Assembly: GCF_963921235.1 (NCBI RefSeq)
Contig: NC_086097.1
Coordinates: 90,026,001-90,090,000 of the forward strand
Length of the DNA: 64,000 nucleotides
Reading direction: 5' to 3'
DNA from: Mobula hypostoma
Taxonomy: Eukaryota
The notes below the pieces were generated by a model, which was not told the DNA's origin, did not search any database, and saw only the letters and a program-made list of their open reading frames with translations. Positions 27,157 to 39,147 of this stretch are shown piece by piece. The translations under genes and the position numbers were made by a program. The first letter of the stretch is position 1. Every line of letters starts with the position of its first letter.

Positions 27157-28530
27157 TTATTGCTGATCTGATGGTATCTTCAACTCTGTTTTCCCATTTA
27201 CCCCAGTAACTTTTAAATAGAACATATCCTTCCTATAGTGAGGTGACCAGAACTGGACACAATACTCCAAGTGTGGCCTAACCAGAGTTTTATAGAGCTG
27301 CATCATTACATCACGACCCTTAAACTCTATCCCTCGACTTATGAAAGCTAACACCCCATAAGCTTTCTTAACTACCCTATCCACCTGTGAGGCAACTTTC
27401 AGGGATCTGCGGACATGTACCCCCAGATCCCTCTGCTTCTCTGCACTACCAAGTATCCTGCCATTTACTTTGTACTCTGCCTTGAAGTTTGTCCTTCCAA
27501 AGTGTACCACCTCACACTTCTCCGGGTTGAACTCCATCTGCCACTTCGCAGCCCACTTCTGCATCCTATAAATGTCTCTCTGCAATCTTTGACAATCCTC
27601 TACACTATCTACAACACCACCAACCTTTGTGTCGTCTGCAAACTTGCCAACCCACCCTTCTACCCCTACATCCAGGTCATTAATAAATATCACGAAAACC
27701 GGAGGTCCCAGAACAGATCCTTGTGGGACACCACTAGTCACAATCCTCCAATCTGAATGTACTCCCTCCATCACGACCCTCTGCCTTCTGCAGGCAAGCC
27801 AATTCTGAATCCACCTGGCTAAACTTCCCTGGATCCTATGCCTTCTGACTTTCTGAATAAGCCTACCATGTGGAACCTTGTCAAATGCCTTACTAAAATC
27901 CATATAGATCACATGCACTGCACTACCCTTATCTATATGCCTGGTCACCTCCTCAAAGAACTCTATCAGGCTTGTTAGACACGATCTGCCCTTCACAAAG
28001 CCATGCTGACTGTCTCTGATCAGACCACGATTCTCTAAATGCCCAGAGAGCCTATCTCTAAGAATCTTTTCCAACAGTTTTCCCACCACAGACATAAGGC
28101 TCACTGGTCTATAATTACCCGGACTATCCCTACTACCTTTTTTGAACAAGGGGACAACATTTGCCTCCCTCCAATCCTCCAGTACCATTCCCGTGGACAA
28201 CGAGGACATAAAGATCCTAGCCAGAGGCTCAGCAATCTCTTCCCTCGCCTCATGGAGCAGCCTGGGGAATATTCTGTCAGGCCCCGGGGACTTATCTGTC
28301 CTAATGTATTTTAATAACTCCAATACCTCCTCTCCCTTAATATCAACATGCTCCAGAACATCAACCTCATTCATATTGTCCTCACCATCATCAAGTTCCC
28401 TCTCATTGGTGAATACCGAAGAGAAGTATTCATTGAGGACCTCGCTCACTTCCACAGCCTCCAGGCACATCTTCCCACCTTTATCTCTAATTGGACCTAC
28501 CTTCACTCCTGTCATCCTTCTGTTCTTCAC
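27157..28530 (-). CDS. Open remnant of CR1 ORF2 reverse transcriptase domain (457 aa); transposon-encoded, last ~23 aa are read-through
   Basis: Complete non-LTR RT motifs; upstream ORF2 pieces (28560-29114, 29152-29926) are broken by frameshifts, stops and an insertion. Confidence 0.75.
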   Translation of the reverse strand: MKNRRMTGVKVGPIRDKGGKMCLEAVEVSEVLNEYFSSVFTNERELDDGEDNMNEVDVLEHVDIKGEEVLELLKYIRTDKSPGPDRIFPRLLHEAREEIAEPLARIFMSSLSTGMVLEDWREANVVPLFKKGSRDSPGNYRPVSLMSVVGKLLEKILRDRLSGHLENRGLIRDSQHGFVKGRSCLTSLIEFFEEVTRHIDKGSAVHVIYMDFSKAFDKVPHGRLIQKVRRHRIQGSLARWIQNWLACRRQRVVMEGVHSDWRIVTSGVPQGSVLGPPVFVIFINDLDVGVEGWVGKFADDTKVGGVVDSVEDCQRLQRDIYRMQKWAAKWQMEFNPEKCEVVHFGRTNFKAEYKVNGRILGSAEKQRDLGVHVRRSLKVASQVDRVVKKAYGVLAFISRGIEFKGRDVMMQLYKTLVRPHLEYCVQFWSPHYRKDMFYLKVTGVNGKTELKIPSDQQ

Positions 28531-29162
28531 ATAATTGAAGAATGCCTTGGGGTTTTCCTTTACCCTACTCGCCAGGCCTTCTCATGCCCCCTTCTTGCTC
28601 TTCTCAGCCCCTTCTTAAGCTCCTTTCTTGCTTCCCTATATTCCTCAATAGACCCATCTGATCCCTGCTTCTTAAACCTCATGTATGCTGCCTTCTTCCT
28701 CCTGACTAGATTTTCCACCTCACTTGTCACCCATGGTTCCTTCACCCTACCATTCTTTATCTTCCTCACCGGGACAAATTTATCCCTAACGTCCCGCAAG
28801 AGATCTCTAAACATCGACCACATGTCCATAGTACATTTCCCTGCAAAAACATCATCCCAATTCACACCCGCAAGTTCTAGCCTTATAGTCTCATAATTTG
28901 CCCTTCCCCAATCAAAAATTTTCCTGTCCTCTCTGATTCTATCCTTTTCCATGATAATGCTAAAGGCCGGGGAGCGGTGGTCACTGTCCCCAAGATGCTC
29001 ATCCACTGAGAGATCTGTGACCTGACCCGGTTCATTACCTAGTACTAGATCTAGTATAGCATTCCCCCAGTCAGCCTGTCCACATACTGTGACAGGAATC
29101 TGTCCTGGACACATTTAACAAACTCTGCCCCATCTAAACCCTTGGAACTAATCAGGTGTCAA

Positions 29163-29380
29163 TCAAGCAACACACATCAAAGTTGCTGGTGAACGCAGCA
29201 GGCCAGGCAGCATCTCTAGGAGGAGGTACAGTCGACGTTTGAGGCCGAGACCTTTCGTAAGGGTCTCGGCCTGAAACGTCAACTGTACCTCCTCCTAGAG
29301 ATGCTGCCTGGCCTGCTGCGTTCACCAGCAACTTTGATGTGTGTTGCTTGAATTTCCGGCATCTGCAGAATTCCTGGCAT
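29163..29380. mobile_element. Palindromic Penelope pLTR insertion in CR1 ORF2
   Basis: About 92-bp inverted arms; degenerate 12-bp TSD aggtgtcaatca/agatgccaatca. Confidence 0.85.
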
Positions 29381-29961
29381 AGATGCCAATCAGTATTAGG
29401 GAAGTTAAAGTCACCCATGATAACAACCCTGTTATTTATGCACCTTTCCAAAATCTGCCTCCCAATCTGCTCCTCTGTATCTCTACTGCTACCGGGGGCT
29501 TATAGAATATTCCCAATAGCGTGACTGCTCCCTTCCTGTTCCTGACTTCCACCCATACTGACTCAGAAGAGGATCCTGCTACATTACCCACCCTTTCTGT
29601 AGCTGTAATAGTATCCCTGACCAGTAATGCCACCTTCCTCCCCTTTCTCCCTCCTCTCTATCCATTTCAAAGCACTGAAATCCAGGAATATTGAGAATCC
29701 ATTCCTGCCCTGGTGCCAGCCAAGTCTCTGTAATGGCCGCTACATCATAATTCCATGTATGTATCCAAACTCTCAGTTCATCACCTTTGTTCCTGATGCT
29801 TCTTGCATTGAGGTACACACACTTCAGCCCTCCTACCTTACTGTCTTTACACCGTTTATTCTGCATCTCTTTCCTCAAAGCCTCTTTATGTGTTAGATCT
29901 GGCTTTACTCCATGCACTTCTTTCACTGCTCTATCGCTCCGGGTCCCATCCCCCTTGCGAA

Positions 29962-30903
29962 TTAGTTTAAACCCTCCCGAACCATGCTAGCAAACCTACC
30001 TGCAAGGATATTGCTCCCCCTCAAGTTCAGGTGCAACCCATCCAATCTGTACAGCTCCCACCTTCCCCAGAAGAGATCCCAATGATCCAAAAATCTAAAA
30101 CCCTGCTCCCTGCACCAACTCCTCAGCCACGCATTCAACTGCCATCTCCTCCAATTCTTACCATCACTGTCCCGTAGCACTGGCAGCAATCCTGAGAACA
30201 CCACCCTTGAGGTCCTGTTCTTCAGCCTTCCGCCTAGTTCCCGAAACTCACACTTCAGGACCTCGTCCCTCTTCCTGCCTATGTCGTTGGTACCAACATG
30301 TATCACGACTTCTGGTTGCTTTCCCTCTCGTACCAGGATGTCGTGCACCCGGTCAGAGACATTCCGGACCCTGGCACCCGGGAGGCAACAAATCATGTGG
30401 GTGTCCTTCTCATGTCCGCAAAATCTCCTGTCTGCTCCCCTGACTATAGAGTCTCCAATGACAACAGCTCTCCTCTTCTCCATCCCACCCTTCTGAACCA
30501 CCGGGTCAGACTCAGTGCCGGAGGCCCTGCCACCGTGGCTCACACCTGCTCGGTCGTCCCCGCCAACAGTATCCAGGACGGTAAACTTATTATTCAGGGG
30601 AATGGCTACAGGGGTGCTCTGCACTACCTGTCTGCTCACCTTCGCTTTCCCCCCTCCGACTGTCACCCAACGACCTGCTTCCGACAGCCTAGGTGTGACT
30701 ACCTCCCTGTAGCTCTCATCTATGACTGCCTCATTCTCACTTATGAGTTGAAGGTCATCCAGCTGCTGCTCCAGATTCCTTACATGGTCTTCCAGATCGC
30801 CCAGCCGTATGCACTTCTGGCAGATGTGACTCTGCAGGAGAGGTGCGTTCTCCCAAGACTGCTACGTCTCACATGAGAGGCACATCACCGTCTCAGGAGG
30901 CAT
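29962..30903 (-). pseudogene. CR1 ORF1: CxxC/CxxC zinc finger + coiled coil + SGNH/GDSL esterase
   Basis: ATG at 30903 in frame with ORF 29962-30666; MPPETVMCLSCET*...HICQKC...VRNLEQQLDDL; GDSIVRG, HVGTND, DGLH motifs; single in-frame TAG at 30862-30864. Confidence 0.85.
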
Positions 30904-31790
30904 TGTAAAGACTAACTGGGAGCAAGCCTGTCCTCCGCCTCTTCTCGTCAAAGCCTCAAAGCTCCACTCCTTCACTGGCCCACTCACTCCCTTTGTTATT
31001 CAAAGCCAGCTTTTCCATCCTTTGGATAAGAAAATTCCAAAGACAGAATGTTCTATAAGAGAAATTTCATTTCATCTCTGCCTTAAACGGGTAACTCATT
31101 ATTTTGAAATGGTTCTGAATTACCCCACAAGAGGAGGCATCTTCTACACAGTCTTTCTGTCAAGATCAATCAGGATTACATTTTGATTCTGTCTTATTCT
31201 TCTATACACCAGCATGTACACACCTGTCCAGTACAGCCTCTCCTCAGATTGTACAAGAGGCCATTTAAACCTACTTTCTGGCAGGTGTAGTTGTCCCATT
31301 TCTCCCTCTGTATTGCTGCAAATTATCTTTCAAGTGTTTCTTTGATTCCCTTCTAAAGGCATTTGTTGAATCTGCTTCTATCCTTCTGACAGATAGCTCA
31401 TTTCTAAACCATAACACTGAACTACATGGAATGGAATTATCTACATCTCCTCTGCTTCTTAAACACATCCATTTTTGTTATTTATACTCTTTCCAATGGA
31501 AAATGTTTTTCTATACTAAACTGCTCTATTCACTACCAAAAGTTACTTAATACTTCCAAACAACGCTATTAAAATATCTCTGAGGAGATTAAGGAAAACA
31601 ATTACATCATCTCAAGTTTCTCCACATAACCAAGGTCCTTCAACTTTGGCACAATTGCACTCAATCTTTAACAAGAACATAGGAGCAAGAGTAGGCCACC
31701 TTACCCCACCATTCAATATGATCATGGTTAATCCACCCCAGATCTTAACTCCTCCTCTGTGCCAAATCCCCATAACCCTCAATACTCTAA

Positions 31791-32722
31791 TAGAACATAG
31801 AACATAGAACATAGAATAGTACAACACAGTACAGGCCCTTCGGCCCACAATGTTGTGCCGACCCTCAGACCCTGCCTCCCACATAACCCCCCACCTTAAA
31901 TTCCTCTATATACCTGTCTAGTAGTCTCTTAAACTTCACCAGTGTATCTGCCTCCACCACTGACTCAGGCAGTGCATTCCACGCACCAACCACTCTCTGA
32001 GTAAAAAACCTTCCTCTAATATCCCGCTTGAACTTCCCACCCCTTACCTTAAAGCCATGTCCTCTTGTATTGAGCAGTGGTGCCCTGGGGAAAAGGCGCT
32101 GGCTATCCACTCTATCTATTCCTCTTATTATCTTGTACACCTCTATCATGTCTCCTCTCATCCTCCTACTCTCCAAAGAGTAAAGCCCTAGCTCCTTTGA
32201 TCTCTCATAGTAATCCATACTCTCTAAACCAGGCAGCATCCTGGTAAATCTCCTCTGTACCTTTCCAATGCTTCCACATCCCTCCTATAGTGAGGCGACC
32301 AGAACTGGACACAGTACTCCAAGTGTGGCCTAACCAGAGTTTTATAGAGCTGCATCATTACATCGTGATTCTTAAGCTCTATCCCTCCACTTATGAAAGT
32401 TAACACCCCATAAGCTTTCTTAACTACCCTATCCATCTGTGAGGCAACTTGCAGGGATATGTGGACATGTACCCCGAGATCCCTCTGCTCCTCCACACTA
32501 CCAAGTATCCTGCCATTTACTTTGTACTCTGCCTTGGAGTTTGTCCTTCCAAAGTGTACCACCTCACACTTCTCTGGGTTGAACTCCATCTGCCACTTCT
32601 CAGCCCACTTCTGCATCCTATCAATGTCTCTCTGCAATCTTTTACAATCCTCTACACTATCTACAACACCACCAACCTTTGTGTCATCTGCAAACTTGAC
32701 AACCCACCCTTCTACCCCCACA
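31791..32722 (-). mobile_element. 5'-truncated young CR1 with intact 3' tail
   Basis: ORFs 32224-32721 and 31865-32239 (FADDTK...FFTQRVVGAWNALP); (agaacat)n tail; same subfamily as 27218-30990. Confidence 0.95.
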
Positions 32723-32759
32723 TCTTTTATAAGATCATAAAAGTTATAATCTTTTATAA

Positions 32760-35352
32760 CTTCATGTCCAGCAATGATCCTTTGGTCTCAGTAGCTAAAG
32801 ATGGTGTGCAGGCTGCATTCAAGAGAGTAAATCCAAGGAAAGCATCCCGTCTGGACAGAGTACCTGGCTGGGTACTGAAGATCTGTGCCAACGAACTGGC
32901 TGGTGTATTCACAGATATTTTCAACCTCTTGTTCCAGCAGTGTGAGGTACCCAGCTGTCTCAAGCAGGCTTCAATCATACCAGTGCCCAAGAAGAGCATG
33001 GTAACTGTCTAAATGACTATCGCCCAGTGGCACTTGTATCCACAGTGATGAACTGTTTTGAGAGGCTGGTGTTGAAGCATATCAGCTCGTTCCGAGTGGT
33101 GACTTGGATCCACTCCAATTCACCTACTGAAGCAATAGGTCTACGGCAGAACCCATCTCATTAGCTCTCCACACAACCCTGGGATATCTGGATGGCAAAG
33201 ATGCATAGATCAGGATGCTCTTTGCCGATTACAGCTCGGCTTTTAACACCATCATCCCCTCAAAACTAATCAGTAAACTCCAAGACCTGGGCCTCAATAC
33301 CCCCTTGTGCAATTGGATCCTGGATTTCCTCACTTGTGGACCCTAGTCAGTTTGGATTGGCAAAAACATCTCCTCCACAATCTCCATCAGCACATGAGCA
33401 CCGCAGGGATGTGTGCTCAGCCCCATGCTCTACTCGTTTTATACCTATGACTGTGTGGCTAAGTACAGCTCCAACACCATATACAGGTTTGCTGATGACA
33501 CCGTTGTGGCTTGCATCAAAGGTGGGGATGAATCAGCATACAGGAGCGAGACTGAAAGTTTGGCTGAGTGGTGTCATAACAACAACCTCTCACTCAATGT
33601 CAATAAGAATGAATGAATGAATCAATTGACTTTATTTCTAACTTCCTTCACATACACGAGGAGTAAAAATCTTTACATTACATCTCCATCTAAATGTGCA
33701 ATATGCCATCATAGCAATTTATAATAATCTATAATAAATAGAACAGTCAATATAACGTAGAATGCACTCAAATCAGCATGAGTTAATCAGTCTGATGGCC
33801 TGATGGAAGAAGCTGTCCCGAAGCCTATTGGTCCTGGCTTTTATGCTGCAGTACCATTTCCTGGATGTTAGGAACTGAAATAGATTGTGCTTGGGATGAC
33901 TTGGGTCCCCAATGATCCTATGGGTCCTTTTGACACACCTGTCTTTGTAAATGTTCTGAATCATGGAAAGTTCACATCTACAGATGCGCTGGGCTGTCCA
34001 TACCACTCTCTGCAGAGGCCTGTGATTGAGGGAAGTACAGTTCCCGTACCAGGCAGTGATGCAGCAAGTCAGGATGCTCTTATTTGTGCCCCTGTAGAAA
34101 TTTCTTAGGATCTGGGGGCCCATAGCAAACTTCCTCAACCGTCTGAGGTGAAAGAGGCACTATTGTGCCTTTTCCACCTCACAGCTGGTGTGTACAGAGC
34201 ACGTGAGGTCCTCGGTGATGTGGATGCCAAGGAACTTAAAGCCCTTTACCCTCTCAACCCCAGATCCATTGATGTCAATAGGGACTAGCCCGTCTCCATT
34301 CCTCCTGTAATCTACAACCAGCTCCTTTGTTTTTGCGACATTGAGGGAGAGGTTGTTTTCTTGACACCACTGTGTCAGAGAGATGGCTTCTTCCCTGTAG
34401 GCCACCTTGTTATCGTTTGAGATAAGGCCAATCAATGTAGTGTCATCAGCAAATTTAATTAGCAGATTGGAGCTGCGGGTGGCGACACGGTGATGGGTAT
34501 ACAGATAGTAAAGGAGAGGACTCAGTACACAGCCCTAAGGGGCTCCCCACAGGACAAAAGAACTGACTGTAGACTTCAGGAGAGGGAAAGCAGAGGTCCA
34601 TGAGCCAATCCTCATCGGAGGATCAGAGGATCAGAGGATCAGAGGGTCAGTAACTTTAAATTCCTGGGTGTAACTATGTCAGAAGACCTGTCCTGGACCC
34701 ATCATATAAATATTTTTGTGAAGAAAGCACGATAGTGCCTCTACTTCCTTAGGAGTCTGGGGATTCGGCATGTCATCAAAAACTTTGGCAAACATCTATG
34801 GATGTGTGGTGGAAAGTGTGCTGACTGGCTGCATTACAGCCTGGTATGGGAACACCATTGCCTTTGAGCGGAGAATCCTACAAAAGGTGGTGGATTCGAC
34901 GCAGTACATCACGGGTAAAACCCTCCCAACCATTGAGCACATCCACATGAAACATTGCCATAGAAAAGCTGCATCCATTATCAAAGATCCTCACCACACA
35001 GGCTATGCTCTTTTCTCACTGCTGCCATCAGGTACAAGGTACAGGAGCTTCAGGACTCACACCACCATGTTCAAGAGCAATTACTACTCCAAAACATCAG
35101 GCTCTTGAACAAAAGGGGATAGCTACACATATTTAAGGACTCTGTTATTGTCATTTCATGCTTGTTATTTATTGCTATTTATTTGTATCTGTATTTGCAT
35201 AGTTTGTTTACAGTTTACAGTTCCTGATGTTTACAGTTTACCGGTACCGTGCTATAGATTTGCTAAGTATGCCAGCAGAAAAAGAAAGGAGTCTCAGGGT
35301 TATATGTGGTGACATGTATGTACACTGATAATAAATCTTACTTTAAACTTTG
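32760..35352 (+). mobile_element. Rex1/Babar LINE interrupted by an antisense Rex1/Babar copy
   Basis: FKRVNPRKAS...[19 protein letters not shown]...NNLSLNVNK, resumes ELTVDFR at ~34553; (actttga)-type tail at ~35340. Confidence 0.9.
33608..34552 (-). mobile_element. Nested Rex1/Babar LINE of a different subfamily
   Basis: ORFs 34160-34435 (WCQENNLSLNVAKTKELVVDYRR) and 33773-34138; (attc)n tail seen as gaatgaatgaatgaat. Confidence 0.9.
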
Positions 35353-35972
35353 AAATAACTCCTGCTTCCACAACTCACAATATTTCAGTGAATATATTGA
35401 AGACAAGGTTGGATAGATTTTTGCATAATAAGGGAACTGAGGGTGATGGGGAAAAGGCAGGTAGGTGGAGATGAGTCCATGGCTAGAATGGCGGAGCAGA
35501 CTCGACAGGCCAGATGGCCTACTCCTGTTCCTATTTCATACGTTCTTATGTTCTAACTCTTTAAGGCAGACACTTCCATATATTTGCAGCTCATCAAGAA
35601 AAGAAATTTCTATGTTGTTTGATTTTTAATGTCCAGCTCCTCTTCTTGAAACTATGTATCCTTATTCAAGGTTCCCAATTAGTGAAGATATCTTGACATC
35701 TATTTTGCCATTTCCCTTTAGGATCTTATATATTTCAATAATATCGCTTGTCCTTCTAAACTCCAAAGAGTAAAGACCTAATCTGTTCAGGCTCTCTTGA
35801 TAAGACACTCGCTCAGACATCTCACCTCTCCCGGAAGCTCCAGGAGTCTCCCGCATATCGATAGTGGCTCCCTGACGCCCGGAAGTTATATACAATATCC
35901 CGGAAATAGAATTTTTTGACCGGGAGAGGGAGAGGGAGAGCAAGCATCTTGATTGGTCTCTCTTCATGCTAA

Positions 35973-37163
35973 GAGTGGTCTCCAACCACCGGGCCACGAG
36001 GAAACAATATGGTTTGGCGATATGAAACAATATGAGTAAGCTGCACCTTTCCCCATTCCCTGTCACTCACTGTTGAATTTTAATGCACTTGAGGTACCCA
36101 GTGACCCAAGACATGCAAAGGAATGGGTTCGTGACCCATTTGTGAATGTTCCCGGTGAATCATCCATGTCAGCGTGGGAAAAAGATCAACTCCTCGAGCT
36201 TGCAAATGACGGCGGGCTGAAAAGTACGTTTGACATAACATCTCTGCCGGCATTCTGGATCAAAGTCAAGGCTAAATATCCTGAGATAGGCACGAAAGCA
36301 CTGAAAACGTTGCTTCCATTTTCAACATATTTCTGCGAAGCGGAGCTTTCTGCAATGAATGCAACGAAAACTAAATTGCGGAATAGACTGGACATTAGGA
36401 ACCCACTTTGATTATCGCTGTCTCCAATCACCGTGATAGGACCGTGTTGTTGCAGGAAAACAGGCCCAGGGCTCCCACTGATTCAGCGATATTGGTGTGT
36501 TGCAATGATTTTATGTGTTCATACGAGGAAAATATGCGCTGTGTGTTTAATATCCAAACGTTACTTAAAATGGTATGATGCTATTGACTTATAAGTGACT
36601 TATAATTCAGTGGTCCCCAACCTCCGGGCCACGAAGAATACAGTGGTGGCTGGAACGCACCCAGCACATCTTTAAGAAAAAAGTCGAAATAAATTAATTA
36701 GGTGCCACCCAGCACGTAAATGTCAGCCCAGATCAGAGGCGATTGCCGATTGCGTCACCTCTGATCTGGGCCGACATTTATGTGCCGGGTGGCACCTAAT
36801 CAATTAGCTTGTTTATTTCAGCTTTTTTCTTAAAGATGTGCTGGGTGCGTTCTGGCTACCGCTGTACCGCTGCATTCTTCGCGGCCCGGAGGTTTGGGAC
36901 GACTGTTATAATTGACTTATCACTACATTCATGAGAGGAAAATGTGCGCTGTGTGTTTAATATTAAATTCGTTAAATAAACACCTTTAGAAATGAAATTG
37001 AGTATATTAGCCACTTACAAGTGACTTATAGTTGACTTATCACCTATATTCCGGTCGTGTTTAACACCCGCCAACCCCCCCTCCCCCCGCCGGGTCAGCT
37101 GGTCTGCAGGAATATTGTCAATATTAAACAGGTCCGCGGTGCAAAAGAGGTTGGGGACCCCTG
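35973..37163 (+). mobile_element. hAT Charlie/Buster-type deletion derivative with transposase C-terminus
   Basis: ORF 36073-36411 WVRDPF...FWIKVKAKYPEIGTKALKTLLPFSTYFCEA..SAMNATKTKLRNRLD (hAT dimerization region); end ggttggggacccctg. Confidence 0.85.
36608..36905. mobile_element. Foldback hAT MITE, 298 bp
   Basis: cagtggtccccaacctccgggcc ... ggcccggaggtttgggacgactg; nearly the whole element is an inverted repeat; perfect 8-bp TSD TTATAATT at 36600-36607 and 36906-36913. Confidence 0.9.
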
Positions 37164-37429
37164 ATTTAAATTAGATATGATAATATAATATAAGTACATA
37201 TTTTAATGTCACATTTGCTGCATATACCCAACTTGGTTTACAGGTTAGACAAAATCACTAAAAAAAGTATTACATACACCCTTGGAGGTCGACGATGGTG
37301 GGGGGGAAGGGGGGATAGGGTGGAGAAATGGGGTTGCGGGGGGGGGTGCTACCTACCTGAAATGAGTTTTTGCAGGGTGGAATGTCTGCTTGCTCACACT
37401 AGGACAACAATAACACACGAACATGGATG

Positions 37430-38260
37430 AGGAATATTTGAAGGAGAGAAAGAAGGTTGTATGTATCATTTACAAGCTATTAGTGAGGGCACACAGGGAT
37501 CATCAGTACTGGTCTGTCATCTTTTAACAGTTTATATTCATGATGTAAGGGGAGACTCAGCGTGTAAGATATACATGTTCATTAATGTTTGGATGCTGAA
37601 ACATACTGGAAGGGACAAAAAGTTTACAAAGAAATAGAGAAAGAGTGAGTAGATAAAAGAAGTGGCCAATGGTATGTAATGAGGGAAGATTTAAGGTTAT
37701 TCAGTATTGGAAGGAGAATCAAAAAACTGAACGTTTTGTATACAGTTAGAAAGTAGTAAACATCGGTGTAAGGAGACAGACTGAGTCTCAGGGTGCAAAA
37801 GTTACTATGCAAGGACAGCAAGCTATAAGGAACCCAAACGATTTGCTGGGTTTTATTACGAACCAAGTGAAGGAGACAGGAGAAACTGCTGGTGCAAATG
37901 TTAAGTGTTAGTCTGAGATATCTCTATGTGTACACGGAGACATGCTTGCCTTTGTGTCAGTGCATCTGAGGTTCACCAGATGAATCTCTGGGTTGAGGGG
38001 TCAGTTCTATGAAGAGAGATTGAACAAGATTAACCAAACGGACTGGAGTTTAGAGGAACGAGGGGTGATCACATGGAGGTGACTCTATAAGGAACAATGT
38101 TATTAAACTGGAAAGAGTGAAAAAAAGATTTACAAGGATGTTGCCAGGACTTGAGGGACTGATTTACAGAGAGAGGCTGGACAAGCTTGGATGTTTTTCC
38201 CTGGAGACTGTGAGGTGATCTTGAGGGGCATAGTTAGAGGGAATGCACTCAATCTCTTTC
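37430..38260 (+). mobile_element. Highly decayed CR1 RT fragments
   Basis: cacagggatc...tactggtc, agtggccaatggtatgtaatg and aaagatttacaaggatgttgccaggact motifs. Confidence 0.6.
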
Positions 38261-39147
38261 CCTTAAGCCCTCCCCCTGAAATCACCAAATGTTCAGTTCT
38301 GCCCAACCTCCAGATTTCTGTGTTTGTCTGATCCAGGTTTTCAGGATGTGCTTTCCCTCTTGATTCTGCATCTCTGCACTAAACTCTATTGTACAGTTGG
38401 ACCTCTTTAAAAATTGTGAAACTGGCTAAAAATATTATCAAGATAGCTCTTTGTAGAGGGTTGGGCATTAATCAGCCTGCTTGTACTTCCCCCCTCCTCC
38501 TCCAATTTTTATGAACAGGAGATAATCTAGCCAATGCTTCATGTGGTCTGGTAAATGTCAGTGCTGTAATAATAATGGCCCAACTTGACCAGCTATGTGG
38601 TTAATTCAAGCCTTCAGTACTCCAGCAGCAATATCTTAAACTTCAAATTATACATTAGGTGCTAAGTAAAATACCCAATGCACAGAATCTCATAGTTCGG
38701 ACAGAATAAAGCCCATTGCATCAGCGGGCTAAAGTTACACTGAGAAATAATTGTTATTTATAGAATGACTTTATATTAGAAACAAGTGAATTTAATGCCT
38801 GGATTCCCAACTTGGGGGCCACTGACCTCTCAGTTAAAGACAGGGGTCCATGGCATAAAAATGATTGGAAAGCCCTGATTTAAGGCTTTGAACAATCATG
38901 CAGTATATTTCCTTATGAACAATCATAATTCTCATAACCTCTTCTCACTCTAGGTTATTCAGTCCAAGCGTAAGATCCAGTGTTAAATTTGCACAGAAAG
39001 AATTGAATCTGAACAGGATAAGTCTACAGGACCTTGAATTCATGTTTTAACCATGTATTATACAAGTAATAGTACATATAAACATATGCAATAGAATGGG
39101 AATAGGCAACTCAGCCTCTCAAAGCTCTTCATCAGTCAATACGACTT

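Larger units (their letters stand above)
27218..30990 (-). mobile_element. Near full-length young CR1 LINE (ORF1 + ORF2) with an internal 3' deletion and a Penelope foldback insertion
   Basis: ORF1 esterase; APE (YLNARSIRNK, AITETW, IMGDFNFP, ILDLVLGNEP, GDSDH); RT (YRPVSL, YMDFSKAFDKV, GVPQGSVLGP, FADDTK). Confidence 0.95.
35814..37388. mobile_element. Non-autonomous DNA transposon with short TIRs and probable 6-bp TSD, hosting hAT insertions
   Basis: cagacatctcacc ... ggtggaatgtctg TIRs; flanks ctcgct/cttgct; ctcccg-type subterminal repeats. Confidence 0.6.

Noticed and set aside
27415..30876. + strand ORFs overlapping the CR1
   Set aside because: Antisense shadows of CR1 ORF1/ORF2 with no recognisable motifs.
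34619..34648. (GGATCAGA)n short tandem array
   Set aside because: Local slippage inside a Rex1 copy; no spacers, not CRISPR-like.
36073..36411. Domesticated ZBED5/SCAND3-like host gene
   Set aside because: Only a short C-terminal fragment between transposon ends, frameshifted afterwards.
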